From a virus (taxonomy: Duplodnaviria; Heunggongvirae; Uroviricota; Caudoviricetes): a DNA stretch of 6,346 nt. Where the stretch lies: IMG/VR virus record IMGVR_UViG_2660238176_000005; one strand, given 5' to 3'. Made by a program: the position numbers and the translations under genes. Under the pieces are notes generated by a model. That model saw nothing but the letters and a program-made list of their open reading frames with translations. It was not told the DNA's origin and did not search any database. Shown piece after piece: positions 6,185 to 6,346 of the stretch; positions within the stretch are counted from its first letter, which is position 1; the number at the start of each line of letters is the position of its first letter.

Positions 6185-6346
6185 TGAGGTGTACTGGCAA
6201 TAGCGGACACTACCATTTGTTCTTTTTTTAAGCAGCCATCTGATGATATTTTTCCCTGAAGGCTGCCGGGGAGATATTCCCCAGACGAGAGTGACGACGC
6301 TGACGATTGTAGAAAATCTCAATGTATTCCCGTATTACTGAGATGG
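6185..6346 (-). mobile_element. Second copy of the same IS3-family element end, inverted relative to 1-162, IRR facing inward, truncated by the window edge
   Basis: Exact reverse complement of 1-162; terminus TGAGGTG... begins at 6185. Confidence 0.7.
6228..6346 (-). CDS. IS3-family transposase OrfB, C-terminal fragment (minus strand; stop complement at 6228-6230)
   Basis: Mirror image of the 1-119 partial CDS. Confidence 0.7.
   Translation of the reverse strand, partial: ISVIREYIEIFYNRQRRHSRLGNISPAAFREKYHQMAA

Noticed and set aside
6083-6322. 79 aa minus-strand ORF
   Set aside because: Falls within the IS terminal repeat in a frame other than the transposase frame; an alternative-frame artefact of the inverted repeat.
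1-6346. CRISPR array or other short tandem repeats
   Set aside because: No regularly spaced direct repeats seen on reading through the window; the only long repeat is the terminal inverted IS pair.

Overview
The window reads as a slice of a lambdoid (Qin/933W-like) enterobacterial prophage, spanning the nin-region through the Q antiterminator into the start of the late region, bracketed by two inverted copies of an IS3-family element end (1-162 and 6185-6346, exact reverse complements). All interior genes are on the + strand except one. In order: an IS-truncated gene tail; three translationally coupled small genes (55 aa, a 114 aa paralogue, and a 27 aa hydrophobic peptide); a Hok/Gef-family toxin gene identical by recollection to HokD/RelF; a Rem-position small ORF; a DUF968/YdfU-like protein with an HNH-like motif; RusA; a Q antiterminator with CxxCxGxG zinc-finger repeats; a terminator and candidate promoter; tRNA-Ile2(CAU)-like and tRNA-Arg(UCU); a 117-codon cargo ORF rich in AUA/AGA/AGG codons at the position stxAB occupies in Stx phages; an ORF-poor hairpin-rich stretch; a convergent terminator pair; one AT-rich minus-strand cargo ORF; and the first 42 codons of a gene cut by the right-hand IS copy. 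No stx, CRISPR or retron was found. The most likely places for undescribed biology are the cargo locus downstream of the tRNAs (4551-5800) and the three-gene cassette upstream of hok, where Qin carries relBE. All family assignments are from reading the translations and from memory, with no database search run.
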